From: Abditibacterium sp.
GTDB taxonomy: Bacteria > Armatimonadota > Abditibacteriia > Abditibacteriales > Abditibacteriaceae
DNA length: 64,000 bases
Assembly: GCA_965199495.1 (NCBI GenBank)
Contig: CBDASK010000003.1
Location: 3,840,001 to 3,904,000, forward strand
Direction: 5' to 3'
Shown here: piece by piece, positions 49,428 through 58,948 of the stretch
Layout: each line of letters begins with the position of its first letter
Numbering within the stretch: the stretch's first letter is position 1
Translations under genes and position numbers: made by a program
Notes under the pieces: model-generated
The model's input: the letters and a program-made list of their open reading frames with translations, nothing else
Databases searched by the model: none
Told to the model about the DNA's origin: nothing

Positions 49428-49913
49428 TCAGCGCCCCATCAACATCCATGCGACTAACACGATAAAGGCGCACACGGCGAAACCGATAACCGCGACATTG
49501 GGAATGCCCGTCGAACTTCGCGAGCGTGTGGCGACGCCACCTGCGGGATTTTTTCTGGTCATTCCATTGCCCGCAGATAGCGCTGGCGGAGCATAAACTT
49601 CTTCGGGCGCTTCGGCTTTGCGCGCGTGAATTTCGGCGCACTTGGCGCAACGGAAATAACCGGGGTTCTCGTCGGCGCCAAACCAATTATCGCAGTCAGG
49701 GCATTTGCGCAGATAATGATCGTCGCACAGCGGTTGGGGTGGAGTATCGAGGTTGAGGTAACGTTCGTCGTCGAAAACGGGAAACGCCGGACGCAGTTTT
49801 TGGTCGCAACGCGCGCACACAAACGGAAACAAATCGCCGCAGTGGGGACACTGGACGCGTCGTGCGTTAGAGGAAATGTTGCCTCCGCAGGATTTACAGT
49901 TCAACGTTGCCAT
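49428..49913 (-). CDS. Multi-CxxC zinc-ribbon protein with C-terminal TM anchor
   Basis: CKSC, CPHC, CARC, CDDH, CPDC, CAKC then hydrophobic tail. Confidence 0.75.
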   Translation of the reverse strand: MATLNCKSCGGNISSNARRVQCPHCGDLFPFVCARCDQKLRPAFPVFDDERYLNLDTPPQPLCDDHYLRKCPDCDNWFGADENPGYFRCAKCAEIHARKAEAPEEVYAPPALSAGNGMTRKNPAGGVATRSRSSTGIPNVAVIGFAVCAFIVLVAWMLMGR

Positions 49914-49939
49914 GAACGAATGTTACCTCGATTTCAAAA

Positions 49940-50746
49940 CTATCCTACCTGAGCCGCCTTGACGATGGCCGCGAAACTATCGGCTTTGAGACTGGCACCG
50001 CCGACCAGAGCGCCGTCAACATGCTCCATGCTCAGCAGCTCTTTGGCCGATTCAGGTTTGACGCTGCCGCCATATTGAATGCGTACCGCCTCGCCGACCG
50101 CCGAGCCGAATTGGCTGGCAATCGTCGCGCGAATCACGCCACAAACGCGATTGGCTTCGGGCGCCTCGCAGGTCTCGCCGGTGCCGATGGCCCACACCGG
50201 CTCATAAGCCAAAACTAAACCGCTCACCTGCTGCGCGCTCAAACCATCGAGCGCGAGGGTGACCTGATTTTCTACTACGGCATCAGTATGGCCATTTTGC
50301 CGCTCGGTCAAGGATTCGCCAACGCACACAATTGGAACAAGTCCGCCCGCCAGCGCCGCCGCCGTCTTGAGATGAACTGAAGCATCAGAATCGCCAAACA
50401 CGTTTCCGGCTTGACCTTCCAAGTCGGGTTCGGGCACGCCAAAGCGCCCGCGCCGCTCGGAGTGGCCGACCAAAACGTAGGTCGCGCCCGCGTCGGTCAA
50501 AAGTGGCGCCGAAATTTCGCCGGTATAAGCGCCCGATTCTTTCCAGTAAATATCTTGTCCGCCGATTTGAATGGCGGAATTTTGCGCGCCCGCTTTGGCG
50601 GCGGCCAGAGCCGTAAAAGGCGGAAAGATCAGCACGTCAACGTCGTTGGTGTCGGCGAGGGCGCTGGTAAGTTCGGAGAAAAATGAAGAAGTTTCGGCAA
50701 TGGTTTTATTGAGTTTCCAGTTGCCAGCAATGATTGGTGTTCGCAT
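49940..50746 (-). CDS. tpiA: Triosephosphate isomerase
   Basis: AGNWK, GHSERR, AYEPVWAIGTG, YGGSVK, LVGGASL. Confidence 0.97.
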   Translation of the reverse strand: MRTPIIAGNWKLNKTIAETSSFFSELTSALADTNDVDVLIFPPFTALAAAKAGAQNSAIQIGGQDIYWKESGAYTGEISAPLLTDAGATYVLVGHSERRGRFGVPEPDLEGQAGNVFGDSDASVHLKTAAALAGGLVPIVCVGESLTERQNGHTDAVVENQVTLALDGLSAQQVSGLVLAYEPVWAIGTGETCEAPEANRVCGVIRATIASQFGSAVGEAVRIQYGGSVKPESAKELLSMEHVDGALVGGASLKADSFAAIVKAAQVG

Positions 50747-50795
50747 GATTTTAAGTTTTGTTTTCTGTGGGATACGTTAAATGTTGCGATGTTCC

Positions 50796-50890
50796 GTAGA
50801 GACACCGATTTATCGTGTCTAAAACGTTGGAATTGCCGCAAAATACGCGGGTTCATTTACATTTTAGACACGATAAATCGGTGTCTCTAC
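50796..50890. repeat. GTAG-type REP doublet family A copy 2
   Basis: gtagagacaccgatttatcgtgtctaaaa ... ttttagacacgataaatcggtgtctctac, perfect arms. Confidence 0.88.
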
Positions 50891-50906
50891 GGAGGCATCA
50901 CAGAAA

Positions 50907-52118
50907 TTAGAACGCGTTGTCCAAGACAGCCACGCCGGGCAGGTCTACGCCTTCGAGAAATTCGAGACTGGCGCCGCCGCCCGTCGAGACGTGCGACATT
51001 TGATCCGAAAGTCCCATCTGTTTGGCTGCCGCCGCGCTGTCTCCGCCGCCGATGACCGTGAGCGCTCCCTTGACCGTCGCGCTCGCCAGCGCCGTGGCTA
51101 TAGCGCGCGTGCCGTTGGAAAACGGCGTGACTTCAAAGCGACCCATCGGGCCGTTCCACAACACGGTTTGCGCGTTTTCGATGACTTGCGAATAATCGGC
51201 GACGGTTTTGGGGCCGATGTCCATGCCCATCATGTCGTCGGGGATTTGTCCGGCGGGCACGACTTCGGTGCGCGCGTCTTCGGCATCGCGGTCGGCGACC
51301 ACGAAATCCTGCGGCAAACGGAAATCATAGCCTTTTTCACTCGCCAATTGCATCAGTTCGGCAGCAATCGGCGCGTCTTCCACCTTGAAATACGACGTGC
51401 CGACCGGACGATTGCGCGCGGCCTCGAACGCATAAGCCATCGCGCCGCCGACCAAAATCGTGTCCACTTGGCCCAATAAATTGCGAATCACACCGATTTT
51501 GTCGCTGACTTTGACGCCGCCTAAAATCGCCACGAACGGGCGTTTGGGATTGTCGAGCAACTGGCTCAAAAACTCCAGTTCGCGCGCCATTAATAATCCG
51601 GCCACGCAGGGTTTGCCCTGTGCTTTCATCACTTCGGCGACGCCGTGCGTCGAGGCGTGCGCGCGGTGCGCGGCGCCAAAGGCGTCGTTGACGTAAACGT
51701 CGCCGAACTGCGCCAATTGGCGCGCGAGTTCGGGATCGTTGGTCTCTTCGCCGGGATGGAAACGCGTGTTTTCCAGCAACAAAACGCCGCCGGGCGCGAC
51801 GTTTTTCACCATCGCCGTCGCTTCGAGGCCGGTGCTGTCGGTGGCATATTGCACGTCGCGTTCGAGCAGTTCTTGCAAACGCTGCGAAACGCCAATCAGA
51901 CGCATTTCGGGCACGACTTGGCCTTTGGGACGGCCATAGTGCGCCATCAAAACGACGCCCGCTCCGGCGTCGAAAAGGTATTGCAGCGTCGGCACGGTTT
52001 CGCGGATGCGCGCGTCGTCAGTGATGTGGCCGTTTTCGTCAACGGGCACGTTGTAGTCAACGCGCATCAAGACGGTCTTGCCGCCCAGTTCGATGTCGCG
52101 AATGGTTTTTTTGTTCAT
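50907..52118 (-). CDS. pgk: Phosphoglycerate kinase
   Basis: [49 protein letters not shown]. Confidence 0.98.
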   Translation of the reverse strand: MNKKTIRDIELGGKTVLMRVDYNVPVDENGHITDDARIRETVPTLQYLFDAGAGVVLMAHYGRPKGQVVPEMRLIGVSQRLQELLERDVQYATDSTGLEATAMVKNVAPGGVLLLENTRFHPGEETNDPELARQLAQFGDVYVNDAFGAAHRAHASTHGVAEVMKAQGKPCVAGLLMARELEFLSQLLDNPKRPFVAILGGVKVSDKIGVIRNLLGQVDTILVGGAMAYAFEAARNRPVGTSYFKVEDAPIAAELMQLASEKGYDFRLPQDFVVADRDAEDARTEVVPAGQIPDDMMGMDIGPKTVADYSQVIENAQTVLWNGPMGRFEVTPFSNGTRAIATALASATVKGALTVIGGGDSAAAAKQMGLSDQMSHVSTGGGASLEFLEGVDLPGVAVLDNAF

Positions 52119-52126
52119 GGCGTAGG

Positions 52127-52217
52127 AAAGGATAAAGGATAAAGGCGCAAGGATAAAGGTTTGAGGGCAAACATTTCGATTTTCCCTTTATGCCCCAGCC
52201 TTTATGCTTTATCCTTT
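52127..52217. repeat. Inverted heptamer-tandem element family C copy 3
   Basis: aaaggat-aaaggat-aaaggcg-caaggat-aaagg ... cctttat-gccccag-cctttat-gctttat-ccttt. Confidence 0.75.
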
Positions 52218-52224
52218 TCGGGAA

Positions 52225-52797
52225 ATGTTTTTGATCGTTGGTCTGGGCAATCCCGGTTTGCAATACGCGCGCACGCGCCACAACGCCGGTTGGTTCGTCA
52301 TTGACGAACTGGCGCGGCGTCACGAGGTTTCCCTCGTCAAAAAGAACGCCGATTATAAATTGGGACTTGGCTTCATGGGCGAACACAAAATTGGTTTAGT
52401 CAAGCCGCAAACTTACATGAACGATTCGGGGCGCGCGGTCGCGTCTCTCCAGCATTTTTATCGTCTGGAAATCGCGCAAATTTTAGTTTTGACCGACGAT
52501 TTAAATTTGCCCGTCGGCAAACTGCGTCTGCGCGGCAACGGCTCGGACGGCGGGCATAACGGCCTCAAATCCATCGCGCAAAGTTTGAACAGTCGCGATT
52601 ATGCGCGGTTGCGCATTGGCGTCGGCGAGCCACCGCGCGAGGAACGCGAACGCGCGGGCACCGCCAATTTCGTGTTGCGCCCGTTCAGCTCCGACGAATG
52701 GCCCCTTGTTGATGAAAACACCGCCCGCGCCGCCGACGCCGTGGCTGCATGGATCGAAGGCGGCGTCGAATACGCGATGAGCCGCTTTAACGGCTAA
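52225..52797 (+). CDS. pth: Peptidyl-tRNA hydrolase
   Basis: LIVGLGNPG..Y..TRHN.G, KPQTYMN.SG, GGHNGLKSI, RLRIGVG. Confidence 0.96.
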   Translation: MFLIVGLGNPGLQYARTRHNAGWFVIDELARRHEVSLVKKNADYKLGLGFMGEHKIGLVKPQTYMNDSGRAVASLQHFYRLEIAQILVLTDDLNLPVGKLRLRGNGSDGGHNGLKSIAQSLNSRDYARLRIGVGEPPREERERAGTANFVLRPFSSDEWPLVDENTARAADAVAAWIEGGVEYAMSRFNG

Positions 52798-52836
52798 TTG
52801 AACGCGCGACGCGTTTCAAACGTATAATAAAGACTT

Positions 52837-53289
52837 ATGAAAACTCTTAATTCTCTCGCATTGTTGAGCGCCCTACTGGCGCCGACTACCTTAGTTAGCG
52901 CGACGGCGCACGCCAAACCGGCGACCAAAGTCAATTGGCAGCCTTCGTATTTCGCGGCCATGAAAGAGGCCAAACGTTCGGGCAAGCCGTTATTCATTGA
53001 TTTTTATACCGATTGGTGCGGCCCCTGCAAATATCTGGAGCAGACGACGTATCAAGACTCCAAATTCATCGCCTATTCGCGCGGTTGGGTCATGGTCAAA
53101 GTCAATCCCGAAAAGAGCGCGTTCGGGCGCCAACTCTTCGATAAATACAAATTGAGCGGTTATCCCTCAATGGTTTTCACCGACGCCAGAGGCAAGAAAA
53201 ACGGCGAAGCCGTCGGCAGTTATCCCGCCGCTATGCTGATTCCCGAAATGAAGAAAGCCGCCAAAAAAGCGGGCGGCACGCGAGTTTAA
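52837..53289 (+). CDS. Exported thioredoxin-family protein
   Basis: Signal peptide (AHA), DFYTDWCGPC, GYP. Confidence 0.9.
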   Translation: MKTLNSLALLSALLAPTTLVSATAHAKPATKVNWQPSYFAAMKEAKRSGKPLFIDFYTDWCGPCKYLEQTTYQDSKFIAYSRGWVMVKVNPEKSAFGRQLFDKYKLSGYPSMVFTDARGKKNGEAVGSYPAAMLIPEMKKAAKKAGGTRV

Positions 53290-53310
53290 AATTTCGCTTT
53301 TTCCCCACGT

Positions 53311-53440
53311 TGTCAGGAGTGCGCAGTGAGGGACGAACGAAGTCGAAGAATCCACAACTATAGACAAGACTAAAGCGAAGTCAATAGGCAACCGGTGGAT
53401 TCTTCGACTTCGTTCGTCCCTCACTGCGCTCAGAATGACA
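53311..53440. repeat. Inverted-repeat element family D copy 3
   Basis: gcgcagtgagggacgaacgaagtcgaagaatccac ... gtggattcttcgacttcgttcgtccctcactgcgc; left outer end degenerate. Confidence 0.88.
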
Positions 53441-53454
53441 GCGCGAGAATTCCT

Positions 53455-54084
53455 ATGTTTCTCAAAATCTGCGGCACGACTTCGATTAACGATGCGCAAT
53501 TATCGGCGCGCGCGGGCGCCGATGCGTTGGGCGTCATCGTGCGTCACGCGGCGTCGCCACGTTACGTCGTGGACGAAATGGCGCGCGAAATTTGCACAAA
53601 GGCGGGCGTGCCGATTGTGGCGGTTAGCGTCAATCAATCGCTCGAATCGTTGGAACAAATCGCGGCCCAATTGCAGCCCCTCGCGCTGCAACTGCATGGC
53701 GACGAATCGCCCGAATTGGTGCGCGAACTGGCCCGGCGTGGCACCGCCGTTTGGAAAGTGATTGCGGGCGCCAATTTGCTCAACGATGCGCAGATTTATA
53801 CCGACGCGGGCGCGTCGGCCTTAGTTGTGGATGCGCGCGAAATTGGTGCAAACGGCACGATTTACGGCGGCACCAGCCATCTCGCCGATTGGACGGCGGC
53901 GCGTGCGCTCGTTGACGCTGGGTTTCGCGTGATTTTGGCGGGCGGTTTGACGCCCGAAAACGTGGCGCGCGCCATCGAAACCGTCGAGCCGTGGGGCGTT
54001 GATGTGGTTTCGGGCGTCGAAGCGCGCAAAGGCACCAAAGACGCAGGCAAAATCAGCGAATTCGCGCGCTTGGTGAAAAGTTAA
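53455..54084 (+). CDS. trpF: Phosphoribosylanthranilate isomerase
   Basis: KICG, SPRYV, QLHGDE, GGT, LAGGLTPENV, GVDVVSGVE. Confidence 0.93.
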   Translation: MFLKICGTTSINDAQLSARAGADALGVIVRHAASPRYVVDEMAREICTKAGVPIVAVSVNQSLESLEQIAAQLQPLALQLHGDESPELVRELARRGTAVWKVIAGANLLNDAQIYTDAGASALVVDAREIGANGTIYGGTSHLADWTAARALVDAGFRVILAGGLTPENVARAIETVEPWGVDVVSGVEARKGTKDAGKISEFARLVKS

Positions 54085-54108
54085 TTTCGTCGAATCTGAA
54101 ACTCGCTG

Positions 54109-54660
54109 ATGCCTAAATCTTCCTTGAACTCGTCGGCCCGTTTCTGGCGTTTTCACTGGTTCGGGCGCGCGCTCCAATTGGCGGCGGCGAGTGCTTCAAG
54201 CGGCGCGTGGATTGGCGCGATAAACGGCTTCTACAACTGGTATGATTTGCGAGGTAATACGCTCGATCCGTGGTGGCATTGGACGGGAATGACGGCTCTT
54301 TACAACGCGATTTGGATGGGAATTTTCGGGCTTTGCGTGGGCGTCCCCTTGTTTTTGGGCGTCGCCGCGCTCGGCGCGCGTTGGAGTGCGCGTCGCCGAT
54401 GGCGTTACGCGCATAGTTTCAATCGTTATTTGTTGTTGCCTCTTATTGTGAGTTTGGTTCTAACCTCGGACATCGCAACTTTCGGTTGGCTCGTCGGCTT
54501 CATTCCGCGTGCCGCTGATTTGGGCGATATTCTGGTGCGCACCGAAATCGCGATTCTGGCGGCGAGCAGCTTAATTTTCGCTACGACGCTCGGCGTTTTG
54601 ACGCGCCGTCCGCGCAAACGCGTGATGCGTGTGACATCGCGGCTTTTACCCGTCCGATAA
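54109..54660 (+). CDS. Hypothetical membrane protein
   Basis: About 4 hydrophobic helices, co-oriented after trpF. Confidence 0.65.
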   Translation: MPKSSLNSSARFWRFHWFGRALQLAAASASSGAWIGAINGFYNWYDLRGNTLDPWWHWTGMTALYNAIWMGIFGLCVGVPLFLGVAALGARWSARRRWRYAHSFNRYLLLPLIVSLVLTSDIATFGWLVGFIPRAADLGDILVRTEIAILAASSLIFATTLGVLTRRPRKRVMRVTSRLLPVR

Positions 54661-54663
54661 AAG

Positions 54664-56130
54664 TTAAACCAAGCGCGCGCCAACTTGAACTTCAAAAGTG
54701 CGGCTCCACGGCAAATTGACCCGCAAATCGCGGACATTCGCGCCAAACTGTTCGCGCGCCAAATCGTGCGCGAATGTTTCCATGCTCGCGCGCGCCAACA
54801 CCTCGATTTGCTGGCCCTGACCGTTCATGCTGAGCGGCGAAAAGCCGCGTTGGCGCGCTTCGTGTTCCAATTCGGCGCGCAGGTTCGCCTGATAATACCA
54901 ATCGTCCAACAAACGCTCGAAAACGAATTGACGATTTAATTCGGCTTCGTTGCTGCGCACCAGAGCCGCGCACTGCGCCAGCACCGTTCCGGTTGTGTTG
55001 CCCGCCGTGTTCCAGCCGCCAAACGCGGCCAAACGGCCCAGAATGTCGCCGCTTGCGCGCAACTCGTCCATCAACAAATTATCGGCGCCATTGGGAAACG
55101 CGACATCGCACAGCGCGACGCGCGCGCCACTTTCGACGGCGCTTTTCAGGCGCGCGACCCAAGTTTTCAAGGCGCCAGTGCGCTCCAACTTTTCGGCGAC
55201 GCTTTCGTCTTTTTGCGAACCGGCAATCGGCGCGTTGACCCACAATTGAATGTCGGCCTCGTCGTCCTGCGTGATGCGCCCGCTCATCGCCGCGATATGA
55301 GAATGCAGCGCGTCTTCGTAGGGCACATCCTCGAAAACCGCGATGTTGCGCTTATTGGTCTGGCTCGACCAGTGAATCGAAAAGCCGACATCGCCGTTCC
55401 AGTGGCGCGCGAGCAACGTGAGCGCGGCCTCATCGGCGCCGGGATGCAACGCGAATTTCTTCGCGACGCCCTTGGCAGCCACGGCGGCGGTGATCTCGTC
55501 TTGTTCGGCGCGGTGCAGACCGAATTCGGTGCAATCTTCTTGGGTAATCAGCAGATAATCGAAAATTCCATCGGCCAGCCAATCCACCATTTGCAGGTTG
55601 ACCGCGTGATTGCGCGCGCGCGCGCCGCAATACTGCTCGATAATCGCGTCGGGAATTTGCGCGCGCACTTCGTTGCGCTCGGCCTCTTTGGCGGGCGAGG
55701 GAAACCGTTTGGCTTCGCCCATCAAACGCGCCCAGCGCATCACGTTGTAATAGTGCGGCACGGCGGCGTCCGAGTCCATCGTAATCGCCAGCCGCATCAA
55801 AATGTTGAACGCATAAACCGGCGTTTGCGGGCGCGACTTGCGCCACTTTTTCAGCGTTTGCAAACGATTCAACGCGGTTTCCAAATCGGTCGCGGTTTTA
55901 CGCGAGGCGACCAAACCGCCGTAGGCGAGCATATCAACCGAAACGATGAGCGCCTCGACGGGGGGCAACGCATCGAGCCACGCGCGCAAGGCGTCGCAGT
56001 CGCCGCGCTGATTGAATTGGCCGAGCAAGTTTGCGGGCGGCGCGAGGAGTTGCGCGTCGCCGATGGCGGCGATTTGCGCGGGAAATTGCAGGTTACAGGG
56101 ACGGTCGTCGAGCGGCAGAAGGGCGATCAT
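54664..56130 (-). CDS. DUF4127-family protein
   Basis: LPLDDRPCN, DML.YGGLVASR, PGADE, GWNTAGNT.G, DDW.YQ, PW.RTFEV. Confidence 0.85.
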   Translation of the reverse strand: MIALLPLDDRPCNLQFPAQIAAIGDAQLLAPPANLLGQFNQRGDCDALRAWLDALPPVEALIVSVDMLAYGGLVASRKTATDLETALNRLQTLKKWRKSRPQTPVYAFNILMRLAITMDSDAAVPHYYNVMRWARLMGEAKRFPSPAKEAERNEVRAQIPDAIIEQYCGARARNHAVNLQMVDWLADGIFDYLLITQEDCTEFGLHRAEQDEITAAVAAKGVAKKFALHPGADEAALTLLARHWNGDVGFSIHWSSQTNKRNIAVFEDVPYEDALHSHIAAMSGRITQDDEADIQLWVNAPIAGSQKDESVAEKLERTGALKTWVARLKSAVESGARVALCDVAFPNGADNLLMDELRASGDILGRLAAFGGWNTAGNTTGTVLAQCAALVRSNEAELNRQFVFERLLDDWYYQANLRAELEHEARQRGFSPLSMNGQGQQIEVLARASMETFAHDLAREQFGANVRDLRVNLPWSRTFEVQVGARLV

Positions 56131-56154
56131 GAATGGTGAAGTGAGCCGCGAATC

Positions 56155-56805
56155 TTACGATTGCGGTTCGCTCGTCGGCGGCGTGGCTGGTGTGGTCGCG
56201 TCGCTTGGAGCGTTGAGTTGTGAATTGAGTTCGTCCGAATGATTTTCGGTCGCAATTTTGTCTTTGTCTTTGGGACGCGGGATTTTCAGATGAATTTCGT
56301 TGAGCAGAGTGCGCGCGGCATCGTGTTTGGGATTGAGCGTCAGTTCGCGCCGCAAAGCCTGCGCGGCTTCGTCGCTACGGTCTTGCTTCATGTAACCGAC
56401 CGCTAAATTATAGTTGGCATCCACCCAGTTTGGCCGACCTTCGACCAAGGTTTCCAGCGTTTCAACCGAATGCTTGATGTCGCCCAATGCGTCGTAAGTC
56501 GCCGCCAAGTTTAATAGCGCGATGGTGTTATGCGGCTCCAGCGCCAGCACGTAGCGCAGATGGCCCAGCGCTTCTTCGGGCCGTTTGACCAGATAAAGCG
56601 CGGCGCCCAAGTTCAAACGGCCTTCCAAACGCGTTGGCTCGATGGCGTAGGCTTTCTCGAAACATTTGATGGCTTTTTCGGGTTGCCGCTTTTCCAGATA
56701 GCGCGTGCCCTGCGACCAAAAATGCTGGGCGCGCTCGAATTTATCGGCGCCCGCATTCTCGCCGGTTTCGGCGTCACTTTCTGACTTGGAACTAAACGGC
56801 CACAT
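56155..56805 (-). CDS. TPR-repeat protein
   Basis: Repeated NLG/NLA..Y...A.....L...P units. Confidence 0.88.
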   Translation of the reverse strand: MWPFSSKSESDAETGENAGADKFERAQHFWSQGTRYLEKRQPEKAIKCFEKAYAIEPTRLEGRLNLGAALYLVKRPEEALGHLRYVLALEPHNTIALLNLAATYDALGDIKHSVETLETLVEGRPNWVDANYNLAVGYMKQDRSDEAAQALRRELTLNPKHDAARTLLNEIHLKIPRPKDKDKIATENHSDELNSQLNAPSDATTPATPPTSEPQS

Positions 56806-56932
56806 AAAACCGCAGTTTAATCGGATTTCGCGTTTTGCGATTTCATCGCTTTGTATTGCCCGGTAAATCCAGTGAATTTTACTCAACAAAAAACTCCATC
56901 GCGTAATTACAATGGAGTTGGAAAGCATGATT

Positions 56933-57006
56933 TAGCGGAAGAGGGATTCGAACCCCCGACACACGGATTATGATTCCGTTGCTCTAACCGACTGAGCTAT
57001 TCCGCC
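56933..57006 (-). tRNA. tRNA-Met (CAT), elongator-like
   Basis: Reverse complement ggcggaatagctcagtcggttagagcaacggaatCATaatccgtgtgtcgggggttcgaatccctcttccgcta; lacks the GGG/CCC initiator anticodon stem; Ile2 identity not formally excluded. Confidence 0.9.
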
Positions 57007-57013
57007 TTTTTTG

Positions 57014-57117
57014 AGTGGCAAGGATCAAGTGACAGGGAACAAGATCGGCAGGTAGAAATCACGCTGTAAAGTTTGAGTTCCCATCTCTTGTCACTTGTTC
57101 CCTGCTACTTGTCACTT
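57014..57117. repeat. Inverted heptamer-tandem element family C copy 4
   Basis: agtggca-aggatca-agtgaca-gggaaca-ag ... cttgtca-cttgttc-cctgcta-cttgtca-ctt. Confidence 0.72.
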
Positions 57118-57121
57118 AGGT

Positions 57122-57301
57122 TTAGTCGTCGTTATTGCGGCGACGTTTCTGTTTGCGCTTTTTGAGTTTGCGCTGTTTGCGCTCTTCGATTTTGCGACGG
57201 CGTTCGGTGTGCTCGTGGCGAATCGCGTCGCCAATCGCCTGGTCGAGCTGTTGCAGCGGCGTGGCGTCGTAGGATTGCAGGGTTGTCAGATCAATGGCCA
57301 T
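57122..57301 (-). CDS. Small Lys/Arg-tailed protein
   Basis: MAIDLTTLQ...ERRRKIEERKQRKLKKRKQKRRRNNDD, 59 aa. Confidence 0.6.
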   Translation of the reverse strand: MAIDLTTLQSYDATPLQQLDQAIGDAIRHEHTERRRKIEERKQRKLKKRKQKRRRNNDD

Positions 57302-57465
57302 AATTTTTTCGCCGCATTTTTGGAATTTTCTAAAATCGCGCGCGTTGGAAACAAAGTTGCGCCTTAACTGGCGCAACTCCAAAGACGAAACGCACAAGGC
57401 CCGTAAAATATTAGCGTCTTACGCGTGCCGCGTCAACCCATATTCGCAAAAAAATTCCTTTTTCC

Positions 57466-58464
57466 ATGCAAAATTCTCTCAATTCTCCCGTTCACGTCGC
57501 CCTGACCGGCGCTGCCGGACAAATCGGTTACGCTCTGGCCTTTCGCATCGCGAGCGGCCAAATGTTTGGCCCGCAGACGCCGGTTTGTCTGCATCTCATC
57601 GAAATCGAACCGGCGTTGCCCGCACTTAAAGGCGTCGAAATGGAACTGCTCGATTGCGCGTTTCCGCTTCTGCAAAATATCGTTTGCACCGCCGATCTCA
57701 AACGCGGCTTTAACAACGTCAACTGGGCTTTGCTCATCGGTTCCGTTCCGCGCAAAGACGGCATGGAGCGCAGCGATTTGCTCAGCATCAACGGCAAAAT
57801 TTTCACCGGCCAAGGGCAGGCGATCCAAGACAACGCCAATTCCGACGCCCGCGTTTTGGTCGTTGGCAATCCGTGCAACACCAACTGTCTCATCGCGATG
57901 AACAACGCGCCCGAAGTGCCGCGTGACCGTTGGTTTGCCATGACGCGTTTGGACGAAAATCGCGCCAAACAGCAGTTGTCTCTCAAAGCCGAAGTCGGCG
58001 TGGCTGGGGTTGACCGCATGACGATTTGGGGCAATCACTCTTCGACGCAGTTTCCCGATTTTACCAACGCGCGCATCGGCGGCCAAAGTGCGACCGACGT
58101 GATTAACGACGAAAACTGGCTCAAATCAGAGTTCATTCCCATTGTGCAAAGTCGCGGCGGCGCCGTTATCAAGGCGCGCGGCGCGAGTTCGGCGGGTTCG
58201 GCGGCCAACGCCATTGTGGACAGCGTCGTCTCACTGACAACAGCCACGCCGGGCGACGACTGGCATTCGGTCGCGCTGTGCAGCGACGGCAGTTATGGCG
58301 TGCCCGAAGGTTTGATTTGCTCGTTTCCCACGCGCTGTGATGGAAATAATATTGAAATTGTGCCCGATGTGCCGCTCAACGATTTCGCGACGGATAAATT
58401 GGCGGCGTCGGTTGTCGAGTTGCAGGAAGAACAACGTCTGGTGGCCGATTTGTTGCCTGAGTGA
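57466..58464 (+). CDS. mdh: Malate dehydrogenase (MDH type 2)
   Basis: [51 protein letters not shown]. Confidence 0.96.
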   Translation: MQNSLNSPVHVALTGAAGQIGYALAFRIASGQMFGPQTPVCLHLIEIEPALPALKGVEMELLDCAFPLLQNIVCTADLKRGFNNVNWALLIGSVPRKDGMERSDLLSINGKIFTGQGQAIQDNANSDARVLVVGNPCNTNCLIAMNNAPEVPRDRWFAMTRLDENRAKQQLSLKAEVGVAGVDRMTIWGNHSSTQFPDFTNARIGGQSATDVINDENWLKSEFIPIVQSRGGAVIKARGASSAGSAANAIVDSVVSLTTATPGDDWHSVALCSDGSYGVPEGLICSFPTRCDGNNIEIVPDVPLNDFATDKLAASVVELQEEQRLVADLLPE

Positions 58465-58513
58465 AAATCGTGTTGTTCACGTTGTTCAAACGGCTGAAAA
58501 GTTGTTTTGAACC

Positions 58514-58547
58514 AAAAAAGCCCGCTCTGGGGGGAGCGGGCTTTTTT
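58514..58547. terminator. Bidirectional intrinsic terminator
   Basis: aaaaaagcccgctc-tggggg-gagcgggctttttt between convergent genes. Confidence 0.85.
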
Positions 58548-58594
58548 ATTATCGTAAAAATGGCGCGAAAGCCATGACTTTACTTGAATTAGGC

Positions 58595-58762
58595 TCAGCC
58601 ACCTTCGTCTTTCGTTGAAGCGGCGGGGGCTGCCGATCCGACTCCGTTGCCAGCGGCATTGGTGTCCGTGTCATCAGATTTGCCACAGCCGACCAAGACG
58701 GCGCTCGACAGAATGGCGCCGACGACGGCGAAAATCGCGATACGATTGATCCAGTTGTTCAT
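58595..58762 (-). CDS. 55-aa lipoprotein (not in ORF track)
   Basis: RBS aggagg, MNNWINRIAIFAVVGAILSSAVLVGC lipobox, then GKSDDTDTNAAGNGVGSAAPAASTKDEGG*. Confidence 0.8.
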   Translation of the reverse strand: MNNWINRIAIFAVVGAILSSAVLVGCGKSDDTDTNAAGNGVGSAAPAASTKDEGG

Positions 58763-58948
58763 GTTGTTCCTCCTTTCCCTTTGATGTCGGGAGCAAAATT
58801 TAAGTCGGCGTTTGGCGATGCAATTAAGACACCAAAAAACGCGTTGCTACCAATTTACTCCGCCTCGCGTTTTTTGACAAGTCATAACACGAATAATTGT
58901 GTTGTTCAAATGGCAGCGAAAGCCCGCTTTATCCAGCATTAAAGAGGT

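Noticed and set aside
48963..49596. ORFs 48963-49409 (-) and 49219-49596 (+) with near-identical N-termini
   Set aside because: Artefact of translating both arms of the family D palindrome; similar ORFs arise at 28713 and 53167
28724..53440. Family D repeats as a CRISPR array
   Set aside because: Copies are dispersed inverted pairs, not tandem direct repeats with spacers; no cas genes in the window
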